A DNA stretch of 64,000 nucleotides. It comes from Squalus acanthias (lineage: Eukaryota). The notes beneath the pieces are model-generated. The model worked only from the letters and a program-made list of their open reading frames with translations, was not told where the DNA came from and made no database searches. The DNA lies in NCBI GenBank assembly GCA_030390025.1, contig CM059438.1, positions 68,574,001 to 68,638,000 on the forward strand, written 5' to 3'. Of this stretch, positions 1-12,191 are shown piece after piece. How positions within the stretch are numbered: position 1 is the first letter of the stretch; each line of letters starts with the position of its first letter. The position numbers and the translations under genes are program-made.

Positions 1-744
1 GGGGTGAAGATTATATTCGCTGAGAAGTGCAAAACATCAGGAGCGCAAGAAGAGGATACCAGAAGATAGTGAGAAAGTTGCTGACGAGACAACAAGATGC
101 ATTGACAGCAGTTGTTAAGTATTTTGCCTCAATGTCCTTGGCACCTCCACCCGCCCCAGTCAAATATACAGTCTCCTGGCAGAGAAGTTGTTGTCTGATT
201 AAATAGGAGATGGAAAATTGACAGTTTTTTTCAAGAATCTGATTGAATATGTTGGCTTTGTCATTTTGCCAGCGCAGGTTGTTAATCAGTGAGAGAGGAC
301 TTGCATAATGGAAATGCAAACACGTGAGATTTAAAAATAAAAAGGGAGATTGACCTCTGTAACCTTCAACTTTAGGTTCAAAAAGAAAGGAGAACCTGGA
401 TGAAACCTATTGCAGGTCTGCTTCAAACATTATAGATCTGATTTTAATTTAACCCGCCTGGTGAGCATTGATTTAAATGGAGCGTTAAAATCAGGCGGGA
501 ACTAGTACGGTCGTCCGACCTGAATCAGCCCTCTTCCCACCAAGCGGGTTCGCTTAAAATTCGGGCTTAATACTGAAAATTATTTACAGAATTTTCTCCA
601 ATAGTAGATATTTCTTGCATTCATTCATTCAAAGATGTTGTTTTCCCTTACTGAGCTTATTTAAATATTAAGGCTAAATTGGAACTCTACATTTCAACTG
701 GAACTGCCTTCAGCTTCCCTCATTAAAATAAATTGGAAGAAAGA

Positions 745-955
745 ATGAGCTTGCATTTATATTATATTCTCAGGATGTCCCAAAGCACTTCACAACTCAT
801 AAGTTACTCTTCTTTGAACGAGAGTCATATTGTTATGTCGGTAATTGCAGCGATCAGTTTATACACATCAGAGTTCCCCCACAAAGCAATTGAGATGAAT
901 GACCAGCTAATCTGTTTTTGATGGTGTTTGTTTAGGGGGGGAACGTTGGCCATGG
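745..955 (-). mobile_element. Diverged 3' fragment of a Deu-domain SINE
   Basis: Resembles the better-preserved copy at 35107-35440 (cttgcatttatat...cccaaagcacttcaca...gaccagctaatctgtttt...gatggtgtttgtt). Boundaries approximate. Confidence 0.55.
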
Positions 956-1455
956 AGTTATTTCATCAGTTGCATTCCAGTGTTTATGTTTTTTATGATA
1001 GTGTGTCATTGCATTTAATTCCCATTACAGTGCAATTTACAAGTGACAGAGCTTTATCTATTTAAGCCTGTTCCTGGGGTTTCAACAGCCAAGATTGAAA
1101 CTAGCTGCATCTTTGCAGTGTCTGCAGATGAGTTTCAAGGTGTATTTCAACTTGGCTTTGTTGTTGTTTGCTTTGCTCAATGGTTTCGCTCAGTTGCAAT
1201 ATGCACCTTTTACATAAAAAAAGAACGATTGTGTTTCAGCTTGTTGTAAATGTAATTCATGTATTACACAAAGGAATAATTTAGAGGAAGATTGCTTTGC
1301 TCTCAAAGGCCTGTTAGTGTCACCTGATTTTATTTTTGGGATGGAGTGATGCTGTGGATTGACCAGTTTTTCACAAGAGAGGAGAAAAAATCCAACTGCA
1401 ACAGAGGTGCAAAGCAAAGTCAATGGAAAGGGAGATAAAGCGAGTGTGTAACGGG

Positions 1456-2509
1456 TGTAAGCGGTTTTTGATCCTAGCCCAATTGCTAGACAGACGGTTC
1501 GAATCGCCCCCGCCTTACGAAAGTTCTATACCCGGGAATTATTATTCAGAGTGTAAATGAAATAAGTCACGGACAGGAATGCTTCGGTGAAAAATCAAAC
1601 ATATATTTATTTGGTCCAACATACACTGGCTAAAACATGCACTACTAAACTAAATCACTGTCTCTGTGGAGAATAAATATCCAGGTTACAAATAACATAC
1701 ATACAGTACAAAACTGAGGACTATGACAAGCAGTAATTCCCTTGTTGCTATGGTGGACTCTAATTCCACCCCAACCAATGAATTACCCAGTCGCATAAGC
1801 CCCTTCGCCTGGCTGAACCAAATGAAGCTTCCACCCCGGAATAGCCCAAAAGCTTCACTTCTGAGAAACTCTGAGCCCCTTACACCTCACCCAGCTCACC
1901 TGGGATATCTGGTTTACCGGCTTGGCACACTCGAGACCATGCTTACCTCCACACTCACAGTCGGTCTCGATCGCTCCACTTAGCTGCTTCTCTGGTACTT
2001 CTTGTTAGGTCGATCTTGGTGGAGTGGGAGCGAGAGAGAGAAATGGTGGGAAAGAATCTATCTTTATAGGAGTCTTGTTACCCCTATCTTTCCTGCCAAT
2101 CTTAAAATCCTTTTGTTTCTAAGCACTCCGGTGCTTAATCAGCGATGGGCCATCATTAGACCCATGTGTACTCCGTGATTGGACTAATGGCCCTAAGTCT
2201 GGCACATCTCCCGGTCTTTTGTGTTGGGAAAAACTGGCTCCCTTTTGGCTGGCTGAGCTAGTGGGTTCATTGTTCTGCTTCTCTTCTGAGATGGAGGTGA
2301 GAAGTGCTTTTGCATATTCTGGATGACTGACAGTTCTTTTGTCACAGCCAACTGCCATGCGTTCTCTGGAGTTTTAACAAACCAGTTTTTCACATATCTG
2401 CAGAGGGTGATCCCATCACAGGGAAAATACCCTCAGAAAAGTCACATAAAGTCCACAAAATATTCTCAACTGAGTCCATTCTTCAAACAGAGACTTTGCG
2501 ATCTCTTCA
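1456..2509 (-). mobile_element. Solo LTR (~1.05 kb)
   Basis: TG...CA termini (tgtaag / tcttca) with 4-bp TSD CGGG (1452-1455, 2510-2513). On the minus strand: CCAAT (~2180), TATAAA (2061-2070) and AATAAA (1606-1611) in the expected order. No ORF. Confidence 0.8.
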
Positions 2510-2980
2510 CGGGCGGGGTGTGTAACGGGCGGGTGTGTAACGGGCGGGTGTGTAACAGGCGGGTGTATAAGATAAGAACATAAGAAATAAGAGCAGGAGT
2601 AGGCCATACGGCCCCTCGAGCCTGCTCCGCCATTCAATAAGATCATGGCTGATCATCGACCGCAACTCCACTTTCCCACCCGATCCCCATATCCCTTGAT
2701 TGCCTTAGAGTCCAAAAATGTATCTATCTCAGCCTTGAATATACTCAAAGACTCAGCATTCACAGCCCTCTGGGGCAGAGAATTCTAAAGATTCACAACC
2801 CTCTGAGTGAAGAAATTCCTCCTCATCTCAGTTTTAAATGGCCGACCCCTTATCCTGAGATTATGCCCCCTAGTTCTAGACACTCCAGCCAGGGGAAACA
2901 ACCATTCAGCATCTACCCTGTCAACAGGTGGGCATATAACAGGCAGGTGTGTAACGGGTGGGTGTAAAATGGGCGGATAC
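2510..2980. repeat. 15-bp minisatellite (AACGGGCGGGTGTGT)n, interrupted by a CR1 fragment and by the solo LTR
   Basis: Units visible at 1441-1455, 2510-2570 and, more degenerate, 2923-2980. Confidence 0.75.
2571..2925 (-). mobile_element. CR1 LINE 3' fragment
   Basis: Tail ataagaacataagaaataagagcaggagtaggcc plus ORF2 C-terminal sequence; nearly the same as 24350-24700. Confidence 0.9.
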
Positions 2981-3039
2981 AGAAAAAGATTGTTTATAAT
3001 TTCCTTATTATTATGGGATCATCCGGCCAGGAGTCCCTG

Positions 3040-3228
3040 GGGGTGAAACTGGGCATGGGCGGAGGGACGCAAAACAGGCAGAATCGCATTCGCTGCCCGT
3101 TATACCACACACCCAATATTCGGTTCCATTCAAGTCAACAGAACTGAATATGCATTGGGGGCGTATAACGGGTGACTGATGCGACGCCGCCCGCTTTGCC
3201 TCCCCCACACCATGTCCAACTTCACCCC
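3040..3228. mobile_element. Palindromic (foldback) MITE-like element, ~190 bp
   Basis: Left end GGGGTGAAACTGGGCATGG matches the reverse complement of the right end, GGGGTGAAGTTGGACATGG. Arms pair imperfectly up to a central ccattcaagtcaa motif. Confidence 0.7.
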
Positions 3229-4204
3229 TCCCCCACCCCCAAGTCTTCTCACTGCGCCGAGAAACAATTTTTGTCAATTTTTGTGATTTTCGGTCCCTTC
3301 CTCAGGTGAACTGTTTGGCCCTTGTTCAGCGTCTCCCTGCGGAACGTTGAGATCAAGAGCATCCGACAGGGGCGACCAGGAGGGAGATGCCACGTGTCAT
3401 TCGAAGACACAACACATCAGTGCACTGACACAGTTCACCAGCTGAGCCTCGTTAGTCACCATGTACAAAGTTGCTGTACAATTTGGAATTTTATTTTAAT
3501 TAAACAGGCAGTTAGACACCTGAATCACATTCCTCGCCGAGTATTGCTGTTTATGCCAGTTTTACAATTTGCATCCAGGAAAGCAGAATCAAGATGTTGA
3601 ATTTGCTAATGATACCGAGACAAAATTAAACAAGGGGGAATATGGGAAAGCACTAATTTGCTTGTTGAAAGCCACTCACTAACTGCTTCGACAAGGAAGC
3701 CAGATTGAATGTAATAGCAGCAGCTGAACAAAATGCTTTTGGAATTTATGTTTTACTGCTTGATATTACAGCCACTACAAATGTTACTGCCAGCAAGCAC
3801 CTCCACATAGTCTTCAATTTGTAATGCTGGCCACTTTGACAGCTTCAATTCTGATTGGTCTGCTGACACAAAAGATGCTGACAGCTCTTGCTTGCCAGAA
3901 ATGTAGGTTACTTCCCTTGAAGGACCAGCTTGCTGTGGATGAGTGTGTTGGAGCGTTAGAGAAGATCAATCAGGGTTGCCAAATTCAATTAACATCTCTC
4001 ACCTTTGCCCACTCATCATGGATCGAGCAGTTGCACTGGGTGCTGCGCATCAAACAATCCAATGTGCGGTGAGCATAGGGTGGCTGGAAGTAGATTTGCA
4101 ACTCGGATTCTGCAAGCAGCTGTATTCTTCATCTTTTCCATGAGGTGGTGCCAAGGAGAAGGCCAGCATTTCCTCTCACAGAGGAGTGTACATCAGAGGA
4201 ACAG

Positions 4205-5877
4205 TCATAAAATAGAATCATACAGCACACAAGGAGGCCATTCGGCCCATCGTGCCTCTTTGAAAGAGCTGTCCAATTTAGTCCCACACCCCAGGTTTTT
4301 CCCCATGACCCTGCAAATTCGTCCTCTTCAATGACATGTCCAATTGCCTTTTAAAATTTCTGATGTAATCTGATTCCACCACCCTTTCAGATATTGCATT
4401 CCAGATTTTAACAGATCTGTGTGAAGAAATTTCTCCTCATTTCCCCTCTAGTTCTTTTGCCAATCATTTTAAATCTTTGACCTCTGGTTACCGACCCACC
4501 TGCCAGAAGAAATAGTGTCTCCCTACTTGCTCTATCAAAACCACTCCTAATTTTGAATACCTATATTAGGTCTACTCTTAATCTTCTCTGCTCTAAGGAG
4601 AACAATCCCAGCTTCTTCAATCTCTCCACATTTTTATTATTCATTCACAGGATGTGGGCGTCGCTGGCAAGGCCAGCATTTATTGCCCATCCCTAATTGC
4701 CCTTGAGAAGGTGGTGGTGAGCCGCCATTTCAGAGGGCAGTTAAGAGTCAACCACATGCTGTGGGTCTGGAGTCACATATAGGTCAGACCAGATAAGGAT
4801 GGCAGATTTCCTTCCTAAAGGACTTCAGTGAACAAGATGGGTTTTTATAACAATCTGGTAGTTTCATGGTCGCCATTACTGATACTAGCTTTATTTGTTT
4901 ACATTCAGATTTATTTAATTAACTAAATTTAAATTCCCCAGCTGCCATTGTGGGATTGTGAACTTGTGTACTCCGGATCATTAGTCCAGGCCTCGGGATT
5001 ACTAGTCCAGTAACATAACCACTATGCTACCGTACGCCTACCTGAACTCCCTCATCCCTGGTATAATTCTGGTAAACCTCCTCTGTACCCTTTCCAGTGC
5101 CTTGACATCCTTCCTAAAGTGTTGTGCCCAGAATTGGACACAATACTCCAGCTGAAGCCTAAACAGAGGTTTGTAAAGGTTCAGCATAACTTCCATGTTT
5201 TTGTATTCAATGCCCCTATTTACAAAGCCAAGTATCCCATACGCTTTCTTAATCGCCTTCTCAACTTACCCTGCCACCTTCCAAGATTTGTGAATATGCC
5301 CCCCCCCCCAGGTCCCTCTGTTCTTGCACCCCCTCAAAATAGCACCATTTAGATTATACTGCCTCTCCATGTTGTTTCTCCCAAAGTGCATCACTTCACA
5401 CTTATCCACATTAAATTGCATCTGCCGTGTGTCTGCCCATTTCCTCAGTCTGTTTATGTCCTCCTGAAGTCTGCTACTATCATGCTTAATATTTAGTGTG
5501 ATGCCAAGTTTTGTATCATCTGCAAACTTCAAAATTGGACTCCCTATACCCAAGTCTAGGTCATTTATATATAACAAGCAAAGCAATGATCCCAATACCG
5601 ACTCCTGGGGGACCCCACTGCATACTTCACTCCAGTCAGAAAAACATCTGTTTACCACTACTCTCTGCCTCATATCCCTTAGCCTATTACATACCCAACT
5701 CTTTAATACCATGTGCTTCCATCTTCTGAATAAATCTGTTATGAGGAACATTATTAATGCCTTTTGAAAGTACATATATATAACATTTACCACACTACCT
5801 TCATCAATCCACTCTGCTACATCATCAGAGCACTCAAACAGATTAGCCAGACATGATTTGCCTTTAACAAATCCCTG
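4205..5877 (-). mobile_element. CR1 LINE, 5'-truncated, decayed RT; interrupted by a SINE at 4631-5038
   Basis: ORF 5266..5793 contains SGVPQESVLG, KFADDTKL and MQFNVDKCEVMHFG; CR1 tail at 4205-4270. Confidence 0.92.
4631..5038 (-). mobile_element. tRNA-derived SINE with LINE-derived 3' tail
   Basis: Minus-strand head GGCGTACGGTAGCATAGTGG (A box) and GTTCACAATCC (degenerate B box). Its 3' ~95 bp is shared with the LINE end at 7197-7293. Confidence 0.8.
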
Positions 5878-7196
5878 ATCTGATCTCTCCTCACCTCCTA
5901 ACAGTAATAAAGTGGCATGGGCGGAGTCCCGGGAACAGGTTGCCCACCCACCCTCTCAGTTGAGGATGGTATGAGGCACAGGAAGACAAAGAGAAAGAAA
6001 CAGGGGCAAAATGCTTTCTGAAGAAAAAACCCTCAACAGTCGGGAGGCATTTTGCCCTTTCGAGATGTAAAACTATTTCTACTGCTACTCAGCAAACTTG
6101 CTCAAGGCAGTTTTCAGCTAATTTCAATGTCAAATTAATACTAATGAAAGCATTTTACTCTCTCTTGTTCCTCTACTACTCAATGTCCTGAGTTGTCCTT
6201 CAACTTCCAGTCTCTCAGTCCACCATCCACAAATGCCCCTTGCATGTTATTCAATCTTCTTGCAGTTCCTGCTGCGTTGAGATCAGGAATCATTACACCA
6301 TCTGCTCCTCTAACCCCTTCCTTCGCAGGACCTCAAAAATGTGGAACTCCTTACCTTGCTCACAGCTCTCTCCAGTCTCAGATATGTAAAGTTTAAAAAG
6401 CCAAGCTTGGCATCACCCATCGCCACCTTTTGATTTACCTCTTTTTTTTCTCCCCTACGCTTTTCAGCTTGGTACTGTCGTGCACATCAGCCAGGTTTCC
6501 CAATTAAAAGGAATTCTACTTGTTGCATGATCAGGACCAATAGCGCGTTGCCCAGATTTACCAACACTGAGTAAACATGCTATACGTATACTTCTAACTG
6601 ATTACAGTTTCATCATCTTCCCTTGATCTCTCACTTAATTACATAAGTTAAGAAAAACCTTGCAATTTTCATCCAAATGCATGGAAAGTAGTGTGAACTG
6701 AAAGTGCAGAACAGATTAAAATTGGTATCAAAGGATTGAATAGCATTCAATTTCCTTGTTTCATGATGTTCAAAAAATGGCATAAAAGAAGCTCCTATTC
6801 TTTTGACTGGAGTGATTTTTTTTTAAGGTTAATGTTAATATTTCCCATCAGCTGAAGCAATTCTCTTTCTTTTGCCTGGCTTCTTACTGATTTGTCAAAT
6901 GTTTTCAGACAATAGACCAATTTCCACCAAAGTATGATGTGTTCCCTGCTTCAGAATGATCGGGAAATTGAGCCGATTTGGACGATTAAACCCAGGATAG
7001 CTGCAACAATAATTTCACTCCCAAAATACTGGGCTATAAAAAGTCTCTGTGCTGAGGTGATGGATGACCGTTGTTTGACCCTACCCAATAAAGCTCTTCA
7101 AACCTAACCTTGGAGAATTGCCTGCATTAGCACCAGGTTGATGCTTCTATTACTGCAGTTGCCATCGGACTAAGTTTGGCTGAATCCTTAAGGAGG

Positions 7197-7502
7197 TTTT
7201 TTTTTAATTCGTTCATGGGATGTGGGCATCGCTGGCAAGGCCAGCATTTATTGCCCATCCCTAATTGCCCTTGAGAAGGTGGTGGTGAGCCGCCTTCTTG
7301 AACCGCTGCAGTCCGTGTGGTGAAGGTGCTCCCACAGTGCTGTTAGGGAGGGAGTTCCAGGATTTTGACCCAGCGACGATGAAGGAACGGCGATATATTT
7401 CCAAGTCAGGATGGTGTGTGACTTGGAGGGGAACTTGGAGGTGGTGGTGTTCCCATGCGCCTGCTGTCCTTCTAGGTGGTGGAGGTCATGGGTTTGGGAG
7501 GC
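7197..7502 (-). mobile_element. 3' end of a non-LTR retrotransposon, probable partner LINE of the SINE at 4631
   Basis: Minus frame reads RSFIVAGSKSWNSLP...LQRFKKAAHHHLLKGN*, an ORF2-like C-terminus, followed by a short 3' UTR with AATAAA and an A tail. Confidence 0.75.
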
Positions 7503-8299
7503 CATTTTTATGCTATCATTAGGGAACTCGGTTGCGAGAAAATCTGCAATGACTAGGCCTAGATTCAAACCCAAGCCACAGGAGTGAAAGGTATTGGATT
7601 AAACGTTGTCATCGCCCAGTCACGTTACAGACAAGTGCAAATTTGCATTTTGAACAGAGGCATTACCACTTGAAATATGTTTGGCGGAGCTCTTCAGCAG
7701 TGCTTGTGTACCTGCCGTGCAAAAGGGAAATTTTAACCCCCTCCCCCCCGCCCTCCGATCAGCAGGAAAGGAGCAGAGCAGCAGTTAAAATAAGGCAGCT
7801 CCATTCCCATTCTGTTCCCGCCGATTCCCCATTTTAACTCCATTGGTTTTGGCAGCAGATGAGGCCATCATAAAATACCTTCATGTTTCAAGATGTTATT
7901 AATATTCAGGAACAACGGGACCATTTTCTTCCAACTTACACCTGGGATACGTTTATTTTCTTGATGCAAAGCAGAGCAAAAAAGGGCCGAAACCCATAAC
8001 GCCGGTCCGAAACCCCTTTGCGCTTCACATACGCTTCCACTGGTTGCTGGGAGGAGAGCGGCAAGTGTTTCCAACTGGAGCAAACGTAAGAATGTAAATG
8101 TGATGGTAATGAGGAGGAAGTGACATCACATCGCCTCTTTATTCTGGGTCACCGCTTGGTCGAGGCCCACAGCAAGTGACCCAGCCCGTTGGCATCGGAG
8201 GATTTGATAAGGGGCAGGCAGCAAACACATCAAAGCACCAAAAAGTCAAATAGTTTATTTTTTTGCAAGGCCAGTATGACGAGCAATGTTGCTGAAGAA

Positions 8300-9860
8300 T
8301 TCTATTTGCTGTTTCTAGGAGGCCCCAAAATGAGCAGTCTCTACTGCAGGCCTCTCAAGCTATAAAGAGTAGCCTTGATATTCCTGGATCCACCCAGGCA
8401 CCTGCCATGCTGCTTGAAAGAGGGGTAGAACAGTGGACTGCCTCCATCTGAATACATCGTGACAGGTACCATGGAAGTGAAGCATTGATTTGCACGATGC
8501 AGTGTTGGTGGTCACAGACTAGCTGGACCGTGAGAGATTGGTGGACTTTACCATTAATGTGAGTGACCAGATTGATGATGATAGGAGGAGATATAGCCAC
8601 ATGGATTTAATCTGTGGCCCCTTGTACTTTGAGGGATCTGCCACTCTGTACAATTGCAAGTCCCTCTCATAACGATGCTGAGCATCCATAGTGAAGCTGA
8701 TGAACTGCTTGCATGAGGAAACAACGGGCTGAATCTTAACTCCCAAAAATGGGTGGGTTCCAGTCGTGTCAGAGGTTAAAATGAAAAATTCTGAAATAGG
8801 AATCGAACCCGCCCACTTCCGGTTTTAACAGAGGCGGGACATGGGGCAGTTGACCAATCTGCTCACGGGAAATGGGTTGGACATTTGAATATTATAATCA
8901 GGATGCCTGCCTTCTTTTTAACATTGATTCTATTTTTAACTCGTTTCGGCCGGTTTTCCCAGGCTTCGGGAAACCCGGCAACTGAAAGGGGGCGAGAAGG
9001 GCTGAATCAATGAGGTAAGTGCCTTTACAGCACTGCTTGTGGGCCAGGAGGAGCAGGAGTGTTTTCTCCAGGCCCAACAAGCTAACCCTGTAAAACCACC
9101 CCCACCTACGCGATCTGTCTGTTCCCCCACGACCACGACTTCCGTTGGATCCCCCTGACTACCGCCGGCTACCTGACCACCATCAGGACATCCCCCACCA
9201 CCCCTTCCGCGATCGGGAGCCCCCCGCAATCAGAACCCCCATCCCCTCACACCCTCCCCCCTCGTGATCAGGAACCCCTCCCCCACTACATCTACTTGCT
9301 CTCGTAGGCTGCGGCTTTGTAAAGCAGGCTCCCTGCCCGAAAGGCCTCCAGCCTGTCAATCAAGTCACCTGTGGGCGGGAACCCGGCAGAAAAAAATTTA
9401 AAGGAGCCCTGCCGTTAAAAAACTGCAGGACATTTGGTAAACCCGTTCTTCCGGGTTTCCCGACCTCACAGCAGCACACCCCCACCACCCACCCACCCCT
9501 CCCCCACCCCCCACCCGCACAGAGCTCCCAGCTAAAACCCAAGCCCATACATTAGAAAACCTGCCTGCTGCACGCGTGCATAGCTGACTAATTCATATCA
9601 GTTATACCTCCTGAAACTGCCTGTGGCATAAAAATTTAGTGCGGCGGTAACCTTTACAACCACTGGGTTTACTGGAGCTGGTCTGGAGGTCTTGGATGGC
9701 TTCCTCTCGTGCATTGATTCTTGGTGAGGTGCAAGAAGGAGTTGCAGAGTATGTAAATTCTGGTGGCTGGGGAGCAGCAGGTGGACGCCAGATGCCTCGT
9801 GTTCAGCCTGACCAGATTGTGTTCCCATTTTGTTCCTACTCTGCGTGCACTAAGAATGAC
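8300..9860 (-). pseudogene. Older degenerate Harbinger (HARBI1-like) transposase remnant, split by a MITE at 8726-9546
   Basis: PVVVKVTAALNFYATGSF (ORF 9598..9828) and INGKVHQSLTVQLVCDH (ORF 8355..8600) align by eye with [18 protein letters not shown] and [17 protein letters not shown] of the 12192 transposase. Confidence 0.8.
8726..9546. mobile_element. Non-autonomous TIR element (MITE family D)
   Basis: Imperfect TIRs GGGCTGAATCTTAAC / rc GGGCTTGGGTTTTAGC. Internal block ggtaagtgcctttacagcactgcttgtgggccaggaggagcagg recurs at 63080 and, inverted, at ~18900-18950. Confidence 0.8.
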
Positions 9861-10207
9861 AAAGACAAGAGTGTTCCCAAAGGGCATGCCATAGTGTAGA
9901 ATGGGTAAGGGTGCAAAGGTTTTGAAGTAACTCAGCAGAAGATCCTAAGGTGTGTGTGGGTACTGTCAATAGCTTGGGGTGCCAAGCCATTGCAAAGTTG
10001 GGATTTGTGCAGCCCTATAATAATCAGGCATGTGTGTCTTTATGAATTCACTTGCAACTTCACCATTGCACCCTAGCACAGTTGGGTCCTTGTTTTCTGC
10101 AGACGTTAATTAAGACCAATTCAAGTGGAGCAGTTAGAATGAAAAATATGACTGATTATGTCACGCCATATTTACTGCTTCATTTTCATATGGCCCCTGC
10201 TTTGAGC

Positions 10208-10524
10208 TAGGAATCACAGAATCCCCACAGTGCAGATAGAGCCCATTTCAGCCCATCGAGCCTGCACTGACACATATCCCACCCTATCCCCATAACCCCA
10301 CGTATTTAATCCCCCTAACACTAAGGGTCAATTTATCATAGCCAAATCAACCTAACCCGCACATCTTTGGACTGTGGGAGGAAACCGGAGCACCCGGAGG
10401 AAACCCACGCAGACACGGGGGGAATGTGCAAACTCCACACAGACAGTCACCCAAGGCTGGATTCGAACCCGGGTCCCTGGCGCTGTGAGGCAACAGTGCT
10501 AACCACTATGCCACCATGTTGCCC
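10208..10524 (-). mobile_element. HE1-like V-SINE, full length
   Basis: Minus head GGGCAACATGGTGGCATAGTGGTTAGCACTGTTGCCTCACAGCGCCAGGGACCCGGGTTCGAATCC with A and B boxes; V-domain GTCTGCGTGGGTTTCCTCCGGGTGCTCCGGTTTCCTCCCACAGTCCAAAGATGTGC; CR1-like tail. Confidence 0.9.
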
Positions 10525-11740
10525 ATAAAAGGCACTCGTGGGGCTTGGTTAACTTCTGTGCCACACCCTTGTGATTGTTAGTATGACATGGTGCATTATG
10601 TCAATCTGGCAGTGCGGGTGTGAAACAGGAATGTTTTTTTACAAAAATTTTTAATGGCTTGGCCCCATGACTTCTTCACCAGAAATCTAGTCCGACTATA
10701 GCCAAAACACAAAGTAAATTGCACTTCCACTGAAAGTATCTCATTTCTCTGGAGAGCCCCGGGTTAAACTTGTGGTCTGTTTTGAGTAACAGCGGTGCTC
10801 ATGGCTCACACTCCAGCTGACCAGCCAGTGACTTATGCTGGAAAATGTACTTACGGGTACTGTGTGAGGGCAGGACGGTCTTGCCTTTGATGCTCCCGGT
10901 TGCTGAATGTCTTGCCGACAATCTATGTCAAGGTTCATGCGTGGAGAACAACCTAGTTGGATGGCACACCAGAAGGTACCTGTGGAGCCACATATCAACA
11001 TGGCGCAGTGGCTTCAGAAGAGGAAGCAAGAAAAATACATGATTACAATAGTGGTCCTTACAGTTCCATTTTGTCACTTATTGCTGTGCCATCTTCCGCT
11101 TGGCCAAGTGTACCTTAAGGTGCTGGTTGAACACTGGCACAAGAGATATAAAATGCAAATACAGAAAATGTGGACTCAAGTGCCTAGTTTGCAAAGGGTC
11201 AAAATATTTTACCCAGGTTGCATATTAACGTCTTCTGCCTGAATGAATATAAAACAAGCATTAGGAATCGTTGTAATTGCAGACCTATGAAAAAGAAAAT
11301 TACATGTGAATAAAAACATAGGTCGTGATTTTTATTCATCTGAGGGGGCGGGTTTGGAGACGGGTCTGTCGCGAAAATCGGAGAAATTGGGGGCGGGCTG
11401 CGAACCCGCCTCCATCCCGTCTCCACACAACTTTGGCAAGTGTCGGGTCAGCCGCTCCCGAACTGACCCGACACCAAACGGCGGGTCAGGTTGCTCAGGC
11501 CATTAACAGGTCGTTAACTGCCTGGATAATCCTATTTTAAACGGCTGATCAGATTTTCGTGGTTTTTCAACTTCATTAAAACACATCTGGTGAATCGAGC
11601 CGGGCTGAGCGAGGACCTGAATTGTTGACAGCTGCTCGAGCAGCTTAAAAGCAGTCCTGCAATCTCTCATTCTTTCACATGCCACAACTTAGTGCTTTGA
11701 GGATTGGGAAACATTTAGCAGCTCTACTAATCTTGTGAGT

Positions 11741-12072
11741 AAAAATGAGAAGTCGCACAACACCAGGTTATAGTCCAACAGTTTTATTTGAAATTACGAG
11801 CTTTCGGAGCGCTGCTCCTTCGTCAGGTAAAGTGAGGGAATACAAATCAGATACAAAGCATATATAGACAGAGAACAATGTGTCTGCAGAGATACAATCA
11901 GTCAGGAAGGCATTATATCAAAGACACAGCAGAATACAGCTAAGACAATGAGGTGGGGTCACAGGGGGTCCAACGTGTCAAATGCTGCAGTCTGCAGTTA
12001 AGCTTTTTACTTTTTTTTAAAACTGGAAATCACATCTGTGAACAAGACAACGACGACTCTAGTCTGGACAAC
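11741..12072 (-). mobile_element. Penelope-like element terminal fragment inserted in the Harbinger
   Basis: Contains a hammerhead motif; flanked by direct repeat AAT(C/G)TTGTGAGT (11729-11740, 12073-12084). Confidence 0.7.
11794..11830 (-). ncRNA. Minimal type I hammerhead ribozyme motif (Penelope-associated)
   Basis: Minus strand TTAC-CTGACGA-AGGAGC-AGC-GCTCC-GAAA-GC-TC-GTAA: intact CUGANGA and GAAA boxes, helix II GGAGC/GCTCC, helix I TTAC/GTAA, palindromic AGCT helix III. Confidence 0.8.
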
Positions 12073-12191
12073 AATGTTGTGAGTGTTGAGGCTGAAATCC
12101 ATCTGCTGTGTGACCTCCTTGGAATATTCTCTGGCCACTTTGTCTGAGCACACACAACCTTCATTCCTCGACTGAGATATATACCAACGGT

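Noticed and set aside
2510..2570. CRISPR-like repeat array
   Set aside because: Head-to-tail units with no spacers and no cas genes, in vertebrate DNA.
10460..10524. tRNA gene
   Set aside because: The A and B boxes belong to a SINE head that continues into the V-domain and tail; the same applies to 4940-5038.
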